Part shown: positions 54,759 through 64,000 of the stretch, piece after piece | Position numbering within the stretch: the first letter of the stretch is position 1 | How the letters are laid out: every line of letters begins with the position of its first letter | Origin: the human T2T-CHM13v2.0 reference genome, Homo sapiens | Reading direction: 5' to 3' (one strand) | Assembly: GCF_009914755.1 (NCBI RefSeq) | Contig: NC_060925.1 | Length of the DNA: 64,000 nucleotides | Translations under genes and position numbers: made by a program | Notes under the pieces: model-generated | Databases searched by the model: none | The model's input: the letters and a program-made list of their open reading frames with translations, nothing else | Told to the model about the DNA's origin: nothing

Positions 54759-55720
54759 CTGGGAAACTGAGGGGCTAAAGCTGACAATTCGTGTCCTGGC
54801 TCCCATGTCCTCTCTGCTGCTTCTACCCATTCCCCTGGCTGTTTCTTTGGGCAGGGGAGGGGATGGGGCTGTGGTTGCTGTGCTCCCACTACGTCTTTGG
54901 AGATGTGCTCCTTCCCTGCCAGGCTTTCACGCTGGATGGTGAACTGCTCGCAGGGTTAGACCATGTTTTTGTCCCGTTTTATTCAGTTTGTTGAGTTAGT
55001 CCTGGTGCCTGGCACACACCTGTCCAACAGATTCATGAATAATCAGCTAAGGGTAGAGGAGGGATTTGAACCCAGGCCTCTCTGTGGCTTCCTCTTAAAC
55101 AGCATCTACCACCCTGAGCCGTCGCTGGCTGGCAACACAGTGCCAGGAGCAGAGGTCCACTGTGATGTGCCTCCTGGCAGGACTTTCATCTTCACACCCA
55201 CATCCCTTCTCCCCAGCATGATTCAACGTTTTCTCAGCCCCTACTCTGGCAGGCCTGGGGATAGCACCAGGGGTTCCAGGAATGAGGTTGGCCAGGGCTT
55301 TTGGAAGGCAGGAAACAGCCGGTCTTTCCTGTTCTCCCCTGCCCAGATGAGCCAGACGGCCAAGCTGCCTCTCTAGAGCAGAGGGGCTTGGCCAGGGGCC
55401 CGCTGGTGAGATGAGCTCAGAGGCACCCACCCTTCCCTGAGGGATGATGCGCGTGGTTCTGGCTGGGAGATGTGGGCTCCGAGCCTGGATTTCATCTGAG
55501 GAAGGAACTGCCCACAAACATGTCCCAGGATGCTGGGGTGGGACGGGGAGGGGGTAAGGTGGGAGAGAGGGAGCTGCCCCCTAGCAAATGCCTCCCAGGC
55601 AAGCCTACATCTCCTTGTCCTCCAAAGGAGGGTAGGAGGGTTAGGAACATCGAAGCTGGAGTCAAAGCTATCCGGCCCCACTCTGACTACTTGTGTAACC
55701 TCTAAGCCTTGGTTTCTTCA

Positions 55721-56225
<505 letters not shown>

Positions 56226-56399
56226 TCAGGCTGAAAAACCAGCCTGAAAAACCAGCCCCCCAGGGGGTTCCAGGGGCAGACACGTGCAGGGGCTGCCAGC
56301 TGGGCACCCGGGGGTATGTGCATTTCCTCCTGGGCAGGTGGGAGGGTCTATGGTGCCAGGTACAAGACAGGCACAGCAGAGCCAGGAAAATATCATGAC

Positions 56400-56405
56400 T
56401 TTATT
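56400..56405 (-). terminator. ATP13A2: ATP13A2 poly(A) signal AATAAA
   Basis: tttatt on + strand ~240 nt after the main stop. Confidence 0.8.
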
Positions 56406-56643
56406 TGCTACACTGACAGCAGCACTGAGGGGAGCTGGGGGCTGCCACCCCTACGCGGGATGGTCCAAGGTAGGGGACAGTAGTCAACGCTTCCCCAGGG
56501 TGGGGGTGGTCTCGGGGGAGGAGTGTAGACAGTCGCCAACCTCAGGGATGTGGGAGGTGGTGGCGGTGGTGTTGCTGGAGAGGGGTCCAGTTGGTGGCTC
56601 AGAGGCAGGGAGTTCCAGTGTCTGGGGTGCCCGTGGGCCTGCA

Positions 56644-63107
<6,464 letters not shown>

Positions 63108-63345
63108 TTAAGAATGTGGGCTTTGGAGCCCGGTGGACTCAAATTCAAACTCTAGCTTTGCTACTTACAAGCTGTTGGGTGACCTGGAATACGTCACTCC
63201 AAATCTCCCAGCCTTAGCATCCGTGAAGCAACATTTGAGCTTGCTTGCTAGGGCTTGGGGAAGAGGAAATGAGACCAGGCCTCTGTGGCCGTGCGCTGGC
63301 GCATAGTAGGCACTCAGCCTGAGGCCTTGCCATTATTATTATGTT

Positions 63346-63930
63346 ACTTTTATTTTAAGACAGAGTCTTACTCTGTGACCTAGGCTGGAGTGCAGTGGTG
63401 TGATCTCGGCTTACTGCAACCTCTGCCTCCCGGATTCAAATGATTCTCCTGCCCTCAGCCTCCCAAGTAGCTGGGACTACAGGCATGTTCCACCGCACTT
63501 GGCTAATTTTTGTATTTTTATTACAGACGGGGTTTCACTATGTTGGCCAGGCTGCTTTCAAACTTCCGACCTCAGGTGATCTGCCCACCTCAGCCTCCCA
63601 AAGTGCTGGAATTACAGGCATGAGTCACTGCACCTGGCCTATCATTATTATTTTTTGAGACAGGGTCTCGTTCTGTTACCCAGGCTGGAGTGCAGTAGCG
63701 TGATCACAGCTCCCTGTAGCCTCGCCCTCCCGGGCTCAATTAATCCTCCCACCTCAGCCTCCTGGGACTACAGGCATGCACCACCACGCCCGGCTAATTT
63801 TTGTATTTTTGGCAGAGATGGGGTTTTGCCATGTAGGTCAGGCTGGGGTCCCGGGCTCAAGTGATCCTCCCGTCTTGGCCTCCCAAAGCGCCGGGAGCCA
63901 CGTTACAGGTGTGAGCCACTGCGCCTGGCC
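63346..63930 (-). mobile_element. Two tandem Alus in ATP13A2 intron 16, preceded by MIR ~63100-63320
   Basis: Alu motifs; MIR tggtgggttaagaatgtgggctttggagcc. Confidence 0.88.
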
Positions 63931-64000
63931 TATTATTATTAATGGTGGGCATAATAAGAGACCACCCTGAAAGATGGAGAGGGAAGACAGGGTGGGATTC

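Overview
Human (or very close hominid) genomic DNA from the 1p36.13 CROCC-MFAP2-ATP13A2 locus. On the + strand are 34 coding exons of CROCC (rootletin; exons 4-37 by recalled numbering, 5' end outside the window), spanning 290-42873. They splice GT-AG into one uninterrupted 5703-nt frame ending ...PPSGPPEK*. On the - strand is the complete MFAP2 (MAGP-1) gene: CpG-island first exon near 51013-51090 and 8 coding exons from 48700 down to 45347, 183 aa. Also on the - strand are the last 13 exons of ATP13A2 (P5B-ATPase, PARK9), from 63004 down to 56644. Introns are packed with Alu, MIR, L2, old L1 and MER DNA-transposon fragments. I found no new gene or CRISPR/prokaryote-type system. The most unusual items are: (1) a 32/35-nt copy of MFAP2 coding exon 3 in MFAP2 intron 1; (2) a ~122-bp, ~86%-identical inverted duplication of unique intronic DNA bracketing CROCC exon 13, with the second copy inserted inside an Alu; (3) a solo ERV1-type LTR with an intact 4-bp TSD nested in an L2 just upstream of the MFAP2 promoter; (4) a stop-free, in-frame 123-nt ATP13A2 intron; (5) back-to-back opposite-strand poly(A) signals at the MFAP2 3' end. 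Exon numbers, repeat family names and variant status come from memory and visual pattern matching and need database confirmation.
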